From a virus (taxonomy: Duplodnaviria > Caudoviricetes), in IMG/VR virus record IMGVR_UViG_3300032038_000003, positions 64,001-128,000 of that record: a stretch of DNA of 64,000 nucleotides, one strand, 5' to 3'. A program made the position numbers and the translations under genes. Of this stretch, positions 26,221-35,854 are shown in pieces (within the stretch, counting starts at the first letter, position 1; the number at the start of each line of letters is the position of its first letter). A model generated the notes under the pieces. It worked only from the letters and a program-made list of their open reading frames with translations, was not told the origin of the DNA and ran no database searches.

Positions 26221-27271
26221 GTGGGGTATTCCTCCTTTTTTTTGATTGAACTTTAGTCTTTATTAGTTTGCAGTCACTCTTATTACAATGAGTGATTGTT
26301 TGTAATGTACTACATCCATAGGTTTTATTACCGTAAAATATAGATTTAATTGTAGCTTTCATTTCTCTATTAGGAGTCGGTTTGGTATTCTTTGAATTCC
26401 ATTCCGTCATAAGGTCTACTATTTCTTCAAAGGTCTTACCAGACTCTCTGTAAAAACTGGTAAGACATGCAATAGTAATATTACGAGATCCTTCTTCTGC
26501 TCCATTTTCCAAAATGTTTTGTATGCATTCTGGCACTACGTTTAATGTTTTACGATATCTAAATCCTTTTTCTCGTGAAGCAAACTCTTTTGCCAATTTC
26601 TCATAATTCTCAATAACTTTTAAATATTGATTTCCAGCTATAGGATTATAAACTGGCTTATCTTTTAAAATAAGATTACGAGGTTGCTTCGCAAGGTTCT
26701 TAATGTCTTGTTCTGTAAGATTGATTAGTTCATCTGGAGTAAGCATTATTTTGTACAAACCAGTTGAACTATTAATCGTATTAGGAACTCTAAATAAACG
26801 TTTGTTGTCGTATATCTTTAAATCAACAGTTTTGTGAATAGAGAATGTTTTAATCTGTTCAGCTATTGTTTTAAAGATTCCGTTTAAATCTTTACGAGGT
26901 TGTATACCAAGGATTTCACTTGGAATAATCAAATGAAATCCTTTATGACCAGAAAAATAAATCTTTATTTTATCTGGTTGTATTTGATATACAATCTTAA
27001 AGAAACTCAACGTATGTATTGCATCTTCTCTTGCATTATCAATACTGTTTGCATCATCAAAGTCTAAATATAAGTTCCCGTATAAATTGGCATCCTCGAC
27101 CTTTTCATTGTCATAAAGGTACGCAGAACAATAAGTATCAAGACAATTAAGGCTTTTAATATGTTCAAAAAACCGATTATAATCGATGTATTCATTTCTG
27201 ATAAATGTCCTTTCTGTAGAATTATTAGTATAGCCGATTTCTACTATTGTGCATTGATTAGATTCATTCAT
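26201..27271 (-). CDS. Archaeo-eukaryotic primase / PrimPol with PriCT-1-like C-terminal domain
   Basis: YLDFDD, FSGHKGFH, RLFRVPNT, EGSRN...EWN...EMKATIKS, C-terminal Cys cluster. Confidence 0.85.
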   Translation of the reverse strand: MNESNQCTIVEIGYTNNSTERTFIRNEYIDYNRFFEHIKSLNCLDTYCSAYLYDNEKVEDANLYGNLYLDFDDANSIDNAREDAIHTLSFFKIVYQIQPDKIKIYFSGHKGFHLIIPSEILGIQPRKDLNGIFKTIAEQIKTFSIHKTVDLKIYDNKRLFRVPNTINSSTGLYKIMLTPDELINLTEQDIKNLAKQPRNLILKDKPVYNPIAGNQYLKVIENYEKLAKEFASREKGFRYRKTLNVVPECIQNILENGAEEGSRNITIACLTSFYRESGKTFEEIVDLMTEWNSKNTKPTPNREMKATIKSIFYGNKTYGCSTLQTITHCNKSDCKLIKTKVQSKKRRNTPHAIRID

Positions 27272-27893
27272 TGAATAAATTCCTTTTCTTTGGAGAATAG
27301 TAAGGTTCACTATCGCTAATCGAATATTTCATTTCTTCGAGATACTGATCGGCTTTATTGGCATATTCATCCCAGTCTCCAAGATTGAAAAGTGTTCCAT
27401 TAGCTTTGTAATCGGCAGCTGCAATGTCTGTCATGAACAATAATCTGTCGATACCGTACTGATCTATTTTGTACTTAATCATGCCAGTGGTTTTGTTCAT
27501 GGACCATTCTTGCATGTTTAATGGCATTGTATTGTAAAAGTATCGAACAAATTCTTGAATTGTGTAGCTTGCAACGGGTTCAAGAAAATATTCTGGTGTC
27601 CTACTAACCAAGGTTCCATGATCAATATCTCTATCAATGGTCGGTGGCTTACTTACAAGTTTCAACTCTTTATGATAGTATCTTTCGTTAGGATTTAATT
27701 TATTAATCATATCTTCGTTGCCACGTTTCCGATATGAGAAAAGATTCCAACGAAAGTCTTTATGGTTATAGAAAGTAGTTAAAATTTCAGTCTTAATATC
27801 TTTATAGGTATAACCCAGTGAAAGATATTGAGTAAATAAACCACAAAGTTGATTAGCAAACTGTTTATCCCCACCAACCATTAGTATAAACAT
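27264..27893 (-). CDS. Hypothetical protein in the replication cluster
   Basis: Intact 209-aa ORF upstream of the AEP primase. Confidence 0.65.
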   Translation of the reverse strand: MFILMVGGDKQFANQLCGLFTQYLSLGYTYKDIKTEILTTFYNHKDFRWNLFSYRKRGNEDMINKLNPNERYYHKELKLVSKPPTIDRDIDHGTLVSRTPEYFLEPVASYTIQEFVRYFYNTMPLNMQEWSMNKTTGMIKYKIDQYGIDRLLFMTDIAAADYKANGTLFNLGDWDEYANKADQYLEEMKYSISDSEPYYSPKKRNLFNE

Positions 27894-27925
27894 AGCTACA
27901 AGGTCATATACAGAACCCTTATCGG

Positions 27926-28738
27926 TTAGTAGGTTTGTTGTTCCCGCAGTGCATCAGTCCAGTTAATGAACTTATCAAGCCATTCTGGATTAAAGAAGTC
28001 ATATTCAAGCCCACAATATCTCATGAACCATGATGACATTTGTTCTTTAGTGGTAACGTTATGTGCTTTCATCCATGCTTGAAGCTTTGCACCAGTTTCG
28101 TTAGTCCAGTTAGGTTTCATATATACATGACCAGGATTTACTTCATCAGCAGTAGGAGTCTTTAAGGCATCTGCCTTATTAACTTGATCCCAAAACTGTT
28201 TTTCGTATGCATCACATTCTGGTGTACCAAATTCAAGGTATTCTGGTTCTTCTTTCTTAGGCTCTTCTTTTACTTGTGATGTGTCGTTGTTGTCACCAAG
28301 CAATGCTTCAAATATTGCCTGAGCATCGTTTTGAGACTGCTCTGAGGCGTTCTGTTGGGTTTTAGCCTTGATGTTCGATAATTCTGCCATAACAGATGCA
28401 GAAGTCGTTTTAGGCTGCTCTGAAGCGTTCTGAGTAGGTTGAGAAGTTTCCTCAGAAACGCTGTTGACATTTGTGATCAGCTTATTAATAATATTACATA
28501 TAGCAGACCACTCGTTAGACCCTGTGCCGTCAATAGTACGACCAGGAAGAAAAAGTGTTCCCGCTACGCACATCCCCCCATTAGTGCTAATCATGTGAGT
28601 AATCTTGAATGTCCATTCTGGAAACACATTGTCAAGAATTGATACTACTGTATCTTCTGATATCGAAGTGTTTAGTTTGGTGAGATAATTCTTATCCCAC
28701 TTCATAGATAAGAACTTTTCTGTAAGCTTTTCGTACAT
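27926..28738 (-). CDS. Possible Rad52/Sak-like single-strand annealing protein
   Basis: N-terminal ISEDTVVSILDNVFPEWTFKI resembles the Rad52/Rad22 core; followed by a low-complexity linker. Confidence 0.4.
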   Translation of the reverse strand: MYEKLTEKFLSMKWDKNYLTKLNTSISEDTVVSILDNVFPEWTFKITHMISTNGGMCVAGTLFLPGRTIDGTGSNEWSAICNIINKLITNVNSVSEETSQPTQNASEQPKTTSASVMAELSNIKAKTQQNASEQSQNDAQAIFEALLGDNNDTSQVKEEPKKEEPEYLEFGTPECDAYEKQFWDQVNKADALKTPTADEVNPGHVYMKPNWTNETGAKLQAWMKAHNVTTKEQMSSWFMRYCGLEYDFFNPEWLDKFINWTDALREQQTY

Positions 28739-28770
28739 CTCGTAAGATCTCCTTTCGTATTAGTGATTAC

Positions 28771-28799
28771 ATTGTACATCTTAAAATGTTTGGTGTCAA
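28771..28799 (-). promoter_or_regulatory. Strong sigma-A promoter of the replication operon
   Basis: TTGACA-17-TACAAT with an upstream A/T tract (UP-like) at about 28804-28820. Confidence 0.85.
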
Positions 28800-28823
28800 C
28801 TACTTTTTAAAAAAAAATTTAGA

Positions 28824-28863
28824 CAAAGAAAAACCCTCATGATTGGGGGAATCATGAGGGTTT
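28824..28863 (-). terminator. Rho-independent terminator
   Basis: Minus strand AAACCCTCATGATT-CCCCC-AATCATGAGGGTTT followed by TTCTTT. Confidence 0.88.
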
Positions 28864-28907
28864 CGAGAAGGTTCTAATACTACCAGTTACAAGATGTTTG
28901 CTTACAT
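28824..28907 (-). ncRNA. Candidate ~80-nt small RNA
   Basis: ORF-free unit bounded by a TTGACT-17-TATAAT promoter and an intrinsic terminator with a CCCCC loop. Confidence 0.5.
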
Positions 28908-28912
28908 TACAC

Positions 28913-28941
28913 ATTATATATATTAACATTGCATTAGTCAA
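28913..28941 (-). promoter_or_regulatory. Sigma-A promoter overlapping the stop codon of the last structural gene
   Basis: TTGACT(28941-28936)-17-TATAAT(28918-28913). Confidence 0.7.
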
Positions 28942-30205
28942 GCCTGTATTTGATGCGTGTCATGTAGATATTAGGCGTATCTTCATTGCCTTCTATGTAA
29001 AATTTTACCAATAATTTATGCCCACTAAGAATAAATGGAGCAGTACCAGATATTCTATGATAGTTATCACTAGAATCAAAGTAATAATATTCTTTAATGA
29101 CATTAAAGTTTTGGTCATCAGCTCTGGTAATATTGTTAAATAATACTTCAGCATCATATATTTTGATTAGTCTATCTGTTTCTGGAAATTCAAACACTTC
29201 ACTAAAGATACTGTTGTCTTTAGAATATCTATTAAATAATACATCTACGTTTCTTAATCCTAAATACCATACTCTTCTATCGAGAGTAGAGTCGTATTCA
29301 AAATTACGCTGACGTACTTTAATTTTGATCTGATTAATCTGCAATGCTTTGAAGTTAAATCTTAAATTGTTTGCGTTAGGGATAATGGTACGATGATAAG
29401 TATTACCAAAGATATCTTCGTATTCTTCCTCTTCGGCTCCGAAATGTGTTTCAAATCCAGGCACTCTCACCCAAGCACCGTTAGATTTATATTGAACATC
29501 CATAATGTCCATATAGCCAAGTGGAAATGGCTGAATAACAATTTCATTTGCCTGTCTGGTCGTTACAATGTCTTCTGGTAACGCTATAACAATTTCGTTC
29601 TCTATTTCGTTTACATTGGCATTAGTAGTAACTTTACGATACCAAACATTTGCTTCTGTACCATCAAAGATATTTCTTACATCGCTATCTTCAATAGTGT
29701 AGATGTTTTCTCCAACAACAAAATTATCTGGACCAATATATGCTTGGATACTGTCTGGCACTAATACTTCATCGTAAGTTTCATCATATAAATGAGTTTT
29801 GCTTACGCTTGAAATAGTATGTGCAGTAATATCGTTTGTTGATTTGTTCACGATAGCTTTATAGTTATCTTCAATTACTTCTGCTTCGTGTGCAAATTTT
29901 GATTGGTATCTGTACTCTTTATCTGTTGCTTTGAGATTATTATACAATTCTTCAGTTTGCTGCAACTTTAATAAAGTCTCAGATAAACGTTTGCCATATA
30001 CAGTAGATTCAATGCTGTTAGCAAGATTAAATTCATATAAATTTTTTTGTAATAGATTAGCCTTATTGAAAAGATCCAGGATATCTCTAAACGCTTCTGT
30101 TTGAAGATTGTTTAATTCATGAGAACTCATAAGAGTTCTGTATTTGAATTCTCTTTCTTGGATATCTGGTATATTTCTTATAAACAAATTACTGACTGTT
30201 TTCAT
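28934..30205 (-). CDS. Virion structural protein (paralogous baseplate/tail family)
   Basis: Helical N-terminus, beta-rich body, NIFDG...W motif, C-terminal TPNIY; located in the structural module. Confidence 0.6.
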   Translation of the reverse strand: MKTVSNLFIRNIPDIQEREFKYRTLMSSHELNNLQTEAFRDILDLFNKANLLQKNLYEFNLANSIESTVYGKRLSETLLKLQQTEELYNNLKATDKEYRYQSKFAHEAEVIEDNYKAIVNKSTNDITAHTISSVSKTHLYDETYDEVLVPDSIQAYIGPDNFVVGENIYTIEDSDVRNIFDGTEANVWYRKVTTNANVNEIENEIVIALPEDIVTTRQANEIVIQPFPLGYMDIMDVQYKSNGAWVRVPGFETHFGAEEEEYEDIFGNTYHRTIIPNANNLRFNFKALQINQIKIKVRQRNFEYDSTLDRRVWYLGLRNVDVLFNRYSKDNSIFSEVFEFPETDRLIKIYDAEVLFNNITRADDQNFNVIKEYYYFDSSDNYHRISGTAPFILSGHKLLVKFYIEGNEDTPNIYMTRIKYRLD

Positions 30206-31971
30206 TTACTTTTGTCCTCCGATTTATATATACCAGTTGTGTAATGGTCGTCTTTTAAGATAGCATTTAATTGATGTTGCATAAATGATACGTCATTTAA
30301 AGTAGTGATTTTAATACTTGTATCACCAGCTACATCAGAAATGATTTGATTGTATTGCTTTTCTATATCTGTAAACAAAGAATACAACTCTTGAATGTTC
30401 TTAATAATCATTCTGGCATAATCATTAGTCTTAATACCTTCAGCTGGCCCACGATATCTATTGTTTAAGATAGTGGCTCTTGGATAGTTATTGTTTAAAG
30501 AAGTAGGGAAGATATTATTATTAGTAGTGCTATCGTTTTCCAGGCCATTAACAATAATTTCTCCAGTTAAGGTAGTAGTGTTTTCGTTATATGTAACTGT
30601 AATAACGTTTGGACCAACATCATGAATAATATTGGTACTAACAACAAAGTTCTTAACTGTCTTTATTGTACCATTGTTGTAATAAATATTACAGATAACT
30701 CTTTCTAAATCAAAAGTTCTGCCTTGATATATTCCAGGGCCAGTATATGTAACTTGTATATCTGTAGGTTTTAAATCGGGTATGAAACCAACAACTGTAA
30801 ATGATGTTGTAATAACGCCAAGTTGTCCTTCATAAGAGATGTTATAAGTATTAACACCTTCTTTTGAAACAAGAGTATCACTTATCTCACAATCATCAAC
30901 ATCAATGGTTTCATAGTATGAATTTCCTACATCACCACCAGCAGAATAATAAATCTTAACTTGTACATATGATGGCTGGAAGTTATGATTTACTTCTACT
31001 TGTGGACCATTGTAATATGCGATCAGTCTCGATAACTTGACTTTAAAAGGAGTAACCTGGATTTGACATGTATGTCCTTTATAAAAGATATCGATTAAGC
31101 CATCATTGGTTTCTGTGACGATATTACCGTTAGGGAATTCAAAATCAGTAATAGTAGATTCTGTATCATCTGAATAATGTCCTATTACAACAAAGAATTT
31201 TTTCTGTGCTTCTTTGCCATAGGCAACCATTTCGCCATCCCAATATCCAGCAATAGATTGTAGATTACGAATACCTTGTACTATAAAGGTAGTCTTATTT
31301 ACGTCACCCTCTGGGTCTATGTAATATACTTCAAATACATTAGCTCCAAGCTGAGTAACAATTTTATCTGCTGGCTCAAGCGTATATGGAGTAGAGCCAT
31401 TATGATTATCAATCTTAACTTCGTTGCCATCATCGTATTGGGCAACAACTTCAAGCTGATCAGTATCTAATTCTTCTCCTACTGGAACAGCGTCACCTTT
31501 ATATTTTGCAGTAATGTTAATTACATTTGGAACCGCATATTCGTCTACTAATACGATTGCATAATGACTATATCTTGATCCAGTTGTAGACGATTTTGAA
31601 GAGTCGTCATAAAATATAACACTGCTTTTACTTACGTTAAATGGTTTACCAACGTAATAATAGCCAGTATCTGGATCGCTAGTATCGACATAATTAGAAC
31701 CCATCCATGTTTGAATATTAGAAACAAACTGGTTCCAGTTATCATCAATGTCATTTATTTCTGAATAACCAAATGCAGTGTCGATTGGTTTCATACAATA
31801 AACAACACTATGAGTCGTACTATATGGATTTTCTATTTGAATTTCTGGATGTCCATAATAGATATGCTGCTCATTATTAGGGATATTATTTAATACCCCA
31901 TATTCTCTATCGAGATTAGAAATCTCACAGCCTTCTATTCTACACCATCCATTTGTTCTAACATTCAGCAT
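30202..31971 (-). CDS. Structural protein with tandem Ig-like repeats
   Basis: Repeats of the type I.A.Y.G..V..G......V...Y.DG (about four). Confidence 0.7.
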   Translation of the reverse strand: MLNVRTNGWCRIEGCEISNLDREYGVLNNIPNNEQHIYYGHPEIQIENPYSTTHSVVYCMKPIDTAFGYSEINDIDDNWNQFVSNIQTWMGSNYVDTSDPDTGYYYVGKPFNVSKSSVIFYDDSSKSSTTGSRYSHYAIVLVDEYAVPNVINITAKYKGDAVPVGEELDTDQLEVVAQYDDGNEVKIDNHNGSTPYTLEPADKIVTQLGANVFEVYYIDPEGDVNKTTFIVQGIRNLQSIAGYWDGEMVAYGKEAQKKFFVVIGHYSDDTESTITDFEFPNGNIVTETNDGLIDIFYKGHTCQIQVTPFKVKLSRLIAYYNGPQVEVNHNFQPSYVQVKIYYSAGGDVGNSYYETIDVDDCEISDTLVSKEGVNTYNISYEGQLGVITTSFTVVGFIPDLKPTDIQVTYTGPGIYQGRTFDLERVICNIYYNNGTIKTVKNFVVSTNIIHDVGPNVITVTYNENTTTLTGEIIVNGLENDSTTNNNIFPTSLNNNYPRATILNNRYRGPAEGIKTNDYARMIIKNIQELYSLFTDIEKQYNQIISDVAGDTSIKITTLNDVSFMQHQLNAILKDDHYTTGIYKSEDKSK

Positions 31972-31980
31972 ATTCTAAAC

Positions 31981-34026
31981 TCACTTTCCTGTTATTCTAA
32001 AGTTTAAAATAGATGGAGAAACATTTTTGCTTTTACTTGTTAATACAGCCATAATTCTAAATCTAAGTTTATTAGATTTAAAATATTGCTGCATATTTTG
32101 CTTTAATCCGTAATAGCTAATAAAGAATCCCATATCGTTATTAGCAGAATGAATCATTTCGGTAGGATCTACATTGACGTAAACAGTATTTGATTTGATA
32201 GTAAAGTATTCATAGCTTGGCTCTAATGATTTTTTGAGCATGTTTACGTTAGTGTATTGCATTGGTTTAAAAGCAAAAACGTCATTAGTTAACTCTTTAA
32301 AGTTCATGTTATGATACAAGAATCTTGTAACGACATGTGAGGTTGGGCAATAAATAGCCATTTGAATTTTATTTACGCCTTTTTTGAAATTGATAGCATA
32401 TAAACCATTATCACCAGACACTTGTTCATATCCATTGACGAATAATCGTATTGTACTTGCAGCATCACTATCTCCTTCGATATTAGTAATTACTCTTATA
32501 AATTTGTCATATACAGCTGTTGTTTGTGGAGCATCAACGTATTGAGTAAAAACATACAATACATTTGACATCAACTCAAAATTAGTATAGTTTTCACAGT
32601 CCATAAATAACTGTGTTTTAGTACAGTTTTTAATATACTCTGTTACGTCTGTATCTTTAAGATGGAAACCATCATCATAATCGCCATCTTTACGATTATA
32701 TCTTTGTACAGACCACATGTTATATCCTGGAGTTACTTTTAAAGAGTTCACGTTAACGCCAGTAGGCAGTTTGAATATTTCATACAAACCAGTTAATGCA
32801 GACTGTACACCATAGTTCTTATATGTACCATTATTGGCTATATTATGTCTTTTTTCAAACATAAATAATTGATGCTCTTTATGATTGTCGATTGCATCCC
32901 AGCCGATTTTATCATAAGAGTTATCAAATCCAATAAAGTAATTGATTCTGGTATTTGCATATACCATGTCAGTAGCATCAAGTTTAATAAAGTTAGTAAG
33001 ATTATTAAACTCAATAGGCTTGGTAACCAATACAGATTGAGATTCAAATTCTTCAAGAGCGATAGTTATGTTCTTGAAAATATAATAATACTCATATACG
33101 TTATATCCTTGAGTATTTACTGATTGCCCATCTGCTTCGTTTTTAGTACATGTAATCTTAAGATACTTTGCAGACTTTGTTTCAAAGTTCCATTCGATTA
33201 AATCTTTGCCATTAATGTCATAGACAGTATAAAAACTATTACCGTCTTCTGATAATGCAAGAGTAAATGTCATGTCGTTAGATGATGTAGATTTAAAAAA
33301 GACAGTATTGAATTTCATTGTCATTCCTAAATCAACAATCAAATTTACAGACTTAGGTTTGTTATTAGAACTTTGTCCAGTAAGTATAAAAACATCATTG
33401 ATAGTATCGTTAAGGATTCTTTTTAATTCCCCTTGAGATTGATAACCACCAAAGTTATCCATACCAGTAATTGCAATATCTGCATTAATAATAGATAACT
33501 TATTTACTTGACTGTTGGTTTTCTCTGTTACTACTTTCTTTTGTAATAGATCTACAAACGAAGTAGTAAAAGGAATATTACGGGATTCATCACCGTACAG
33601 TTCAAGGTTATACAGGCTATCAAATACTTCAACGTATTCTTGAATCTGCTTATTAGATTTAAGAGACTCTTGAAGACAATTCGCTCTTAATACTATTTTG
33701 TCAATAGCATGAAATACTTTTGCTTTCTCTGTATCATAATATTCTTGTATTGAAACGGCCTTATTATTTGCTTCGATATTAGCTTCGTAAATGGTTTCAA
33801 TATCTTCTTTAAACGTAAGAAAATTATGATTGTAATCGTCTTTAGAAGATTCTTCGTATGGGGTCTGCTTAATTGGTGCATAATAAGGCATACCCATAGT
33901 ATGGTTATCAAAGTATTCTCTCAAGAGATTATTCAACTCGTAATTGTTAGGCTCGATACCTTTTTGAGCAAGCTCTTGAGCGAATTGTTTTATTTTTCTA
34001 TCTCGTTGTATTTTACTAATACTCAA
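31981..34026 (-). CDS. Virion structural protein (paralogous family)
   Basis: Discoidin-like segment LIVDLG...LSEDG...AKYLKI; C-terminal SPSILNFRI. Confidence 0.6.
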   Translation of the reverse strand: MSISKIQRDRKIKQFAQELAQKGIEPNNYELNNLLREYFDNHTMGMPYYAPIKQTPYEESSKDDYNHNFLTFKEDIETIYEANIEANNKAVSIQEYYDTEKAKVFHAIDKIVLRANCLQESLKSNKQIQEYVEVFDSLYNLELYGDESRNIPFTTSFVDLLQKKVVTEKTNSQVNKLSIINADIAITGMDNFGGYQSQGELKRILNDTINDVFILTGQSSNNKPKSVNLIVDLGMTMKFNTVFFKSTSSNDMTFTLALSEDGNSFYTVYDINGKDLIEWNFETKSAKYLKITCTKNEADGQSVNTQGYNVYEYYYIFKNITIALEEFESQSVLVTKPIEFNNLTNFIKLDATDMVYANTRINYFIGFDNSYDKIGWDAIDNHKEHQLFMFEKRHNIANNGTYKNYGVQSALTGLYEIFKLPTGVNVNSLKVTPGYNMWSVQRYNRKDGDYDDGFHLKDTDVTEYIKNCTKTQLFMDCENYTNFELMSNVLYVFTQYVDAPQTTAVYDKFIRVITNIEGDSDAASTIRLFVNGYEQVSGDNGLYAINFKKGVNKIQMAIYCPTSHVVTRFLYHNMNFKELTNDVFAFKPMQYTNVNMLKKSLEPSYEYFTIKSNTVYVNVDPTEMIHSANNDMGFFISYYGLKQNMQQYFKSNKLRFRIMAVLTSKSKNVSPSILNFRITGK

Positions 34027-35794
34027 TGGTATCTCCTCCCGTAGTTACTTTAAGTTTATATGAATAAACTATTGGAGTTGCATAATCATAGTTAACAATT
34101 GACTTAGGCTTTTTCATTACTATCTTAAGCTGTACTTGATTTGTATTGGTAAGTACACTTAAGTTTTGTGCCTTAAATTTATCAGAATGATTCGTCAATA
34201 AGTTTTCAATCGAATCATTATTGATAAAGTATTTATATACGCCTTCGTATGATCTCTGAATCGGAGTGATAGGATACCAAACACTTCCATTATCTACCGA
34301 TATAAAGTATTGTAATACACTTGGGTCATCTCCAGGAATGTATTCTTCAGTTTCAAGCATGATACTTGTTATCTGTTCATCAGTAGTAAATACTCTACTT
34401 ACATATTCAGAGTAATCTGCAAAAGTACAATTTGGCAATCTGATTTCTCGGATACCTATCATGTATCTAAATGCATCAATCATTTCTGCATTAGACTTTC
34501 TTTCGATTGTACTTTCTGGTAGCGTAAATAACGAAGACTTAATATAAGTTTCATTAGGAATACTTGTTGTTTTATCTCTGTAATTAAGCCATTTTGTAGT
34601 AGGATCATATTTTAAACCAAGCATAGTTACGTTTGGTTTTGGTCCTTCTATACGTGTAAACTGATCAGCGTCTTCAAAGTCTTGGTATATAGATATATTA
34701 TCAGTATTTACGTTTGTATAAAAGAAATGTCCAACCTTACACAAATATCTCGTATCTTGAATAAAAGTTAATTCAACACGATTAATAGTTTGTGCTGGGA
34801 AAGCAAAGGTTAATACTTGGTCAAAAATCTTATTCTCCGCTACTTTATAGCAATAATTATTAGAAGCAAATACTTCACACTTTTCAAGAGTACAATATGT
34901 ACCGCCTTTAGCATCAGAAAGATATGGAAGAATACTGATCCATGAACAAACTGTATCGTTGGTAAGATTTAATATAAGCTTTAATCTCAATAAAGTTTTA
35001 TTATTATCTACCCAAGATACACCTTCTTCGTAATCAAAGCCATATGAATTACATGCTTTACGTACTTTATCAGTAACGTTAAATAATTCAAATTCGAACC
35101 ATGTATCTTTGTTTCCATCAACAATTGCACCTGGATCAATATGTAAACCATCTTGTCCAACAAAATGTAAGTTGCCGTTTAATGTATCAACACAATGAGT
35201 GTTACCTGGAAACCCATTGGAATATTCATCATCGATTTCAATACTAGCAATGTTTGCATTACTAGAAGAACTCTGATTCAACGTCAAAATACCATCGAAT
35301 GTATCGATGGTACACGAAGTATTCGCAGACATATTTCCTACGTTTGCGAAATCATTAAATGAATCAGAAAACACTACCATGCCACGACCTTGGTTAGTGG
35401 ACAAGCTCTGCTTGATATTATTAACCTTATTAGAGAGATAGGTAAGCTGATTAGACATCATTGTTCGACTAAGTTGTGCATCAACAAAAGACTGCGAAAC
35501 ATAGTCTTGCAATGCCTCGCAGTCTTTAATAATGTACTCCATATCATTATAAGATTCATTGATCATTGCATTGTATTCGCTAGATATTGGTGTAGTAACT
35601 GCTGGTCTGTATGTAAAACTTGGTTTTGTCAATGATTCATAAAACGTATTTAGCATCGTTTTAATCTTATAATAGTATTCAGTCTCTGTCCTAATCTCTC
35701 CATTCTTGTACTGATAGTTGATTGCGGCAAGTAATGTTTTAAGCTTGTTGTCTATAGTTTTAGACTTATCTGTATACTGGAGTAAATTTCCCAT
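34016..35794 (-). CDS. Virion structural protein (paralogous family)
   Basis: AIVDGNKDTWFE, YFISVDNGSVW, C-terminal TPIVYSYKLKV. Confidence 0.6.
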   Translation of the reverse strand: MGNLLQYTDKSKTIDNKLKTLLAAINYQYKNGEIRTETEYYYKIKTMLNTFYESLTKPSFTYRPAVTTPISSEYNAMINESYNDMEYIIKDCEALQDYVSQSFVDAQLSRTMMSNQLTYLSNKVNNIKQSLSTNQGRGMVVFSDSFNDFANVGNMSANTSCTIDTFDGILTLNQSSSSNANIASIEIDDEYSNGFPGNTHCVDTLNGNLHFVGQDGLHIDPGAIVDGNKDTWFEFELFNVTDKVRKACNSYGFDYEEGVSWVDNNKTLLRLKLILNLTNDTVCSWISILPYLSDAKGGTYCTLEKCEVFASNNYCYKVAENKIFDQVLTFAFPAQTINRVELTFIQDTRYLCKVGHFFYTNVNTDNISIYQDFEDADQFTRIEGPKPNVTMLGLKYDPTTKWLNYRDKTTSIPNETYIKSSLFTLPESTIERKSNAEMIDAFRYMIGIREIRLPNCTFADYSEYVSRVFTTDEQITSIMLETEEYIPGDDPSVLQYFISVDNGSVWYPITPIQRSYEGVYKYFINNDSIENLLTNHSDKFKAQNLSVLTNTNQVQLKIVMKKPKSIVNYDYATPIVYSYKLKVTTGGDTIEY

Positions 35795-35854
35795 AGATTA
35801 AAACTCCTTAAAATAAAAATTTAAGTCTTATAAAATTGTTTCCTATATACACCT

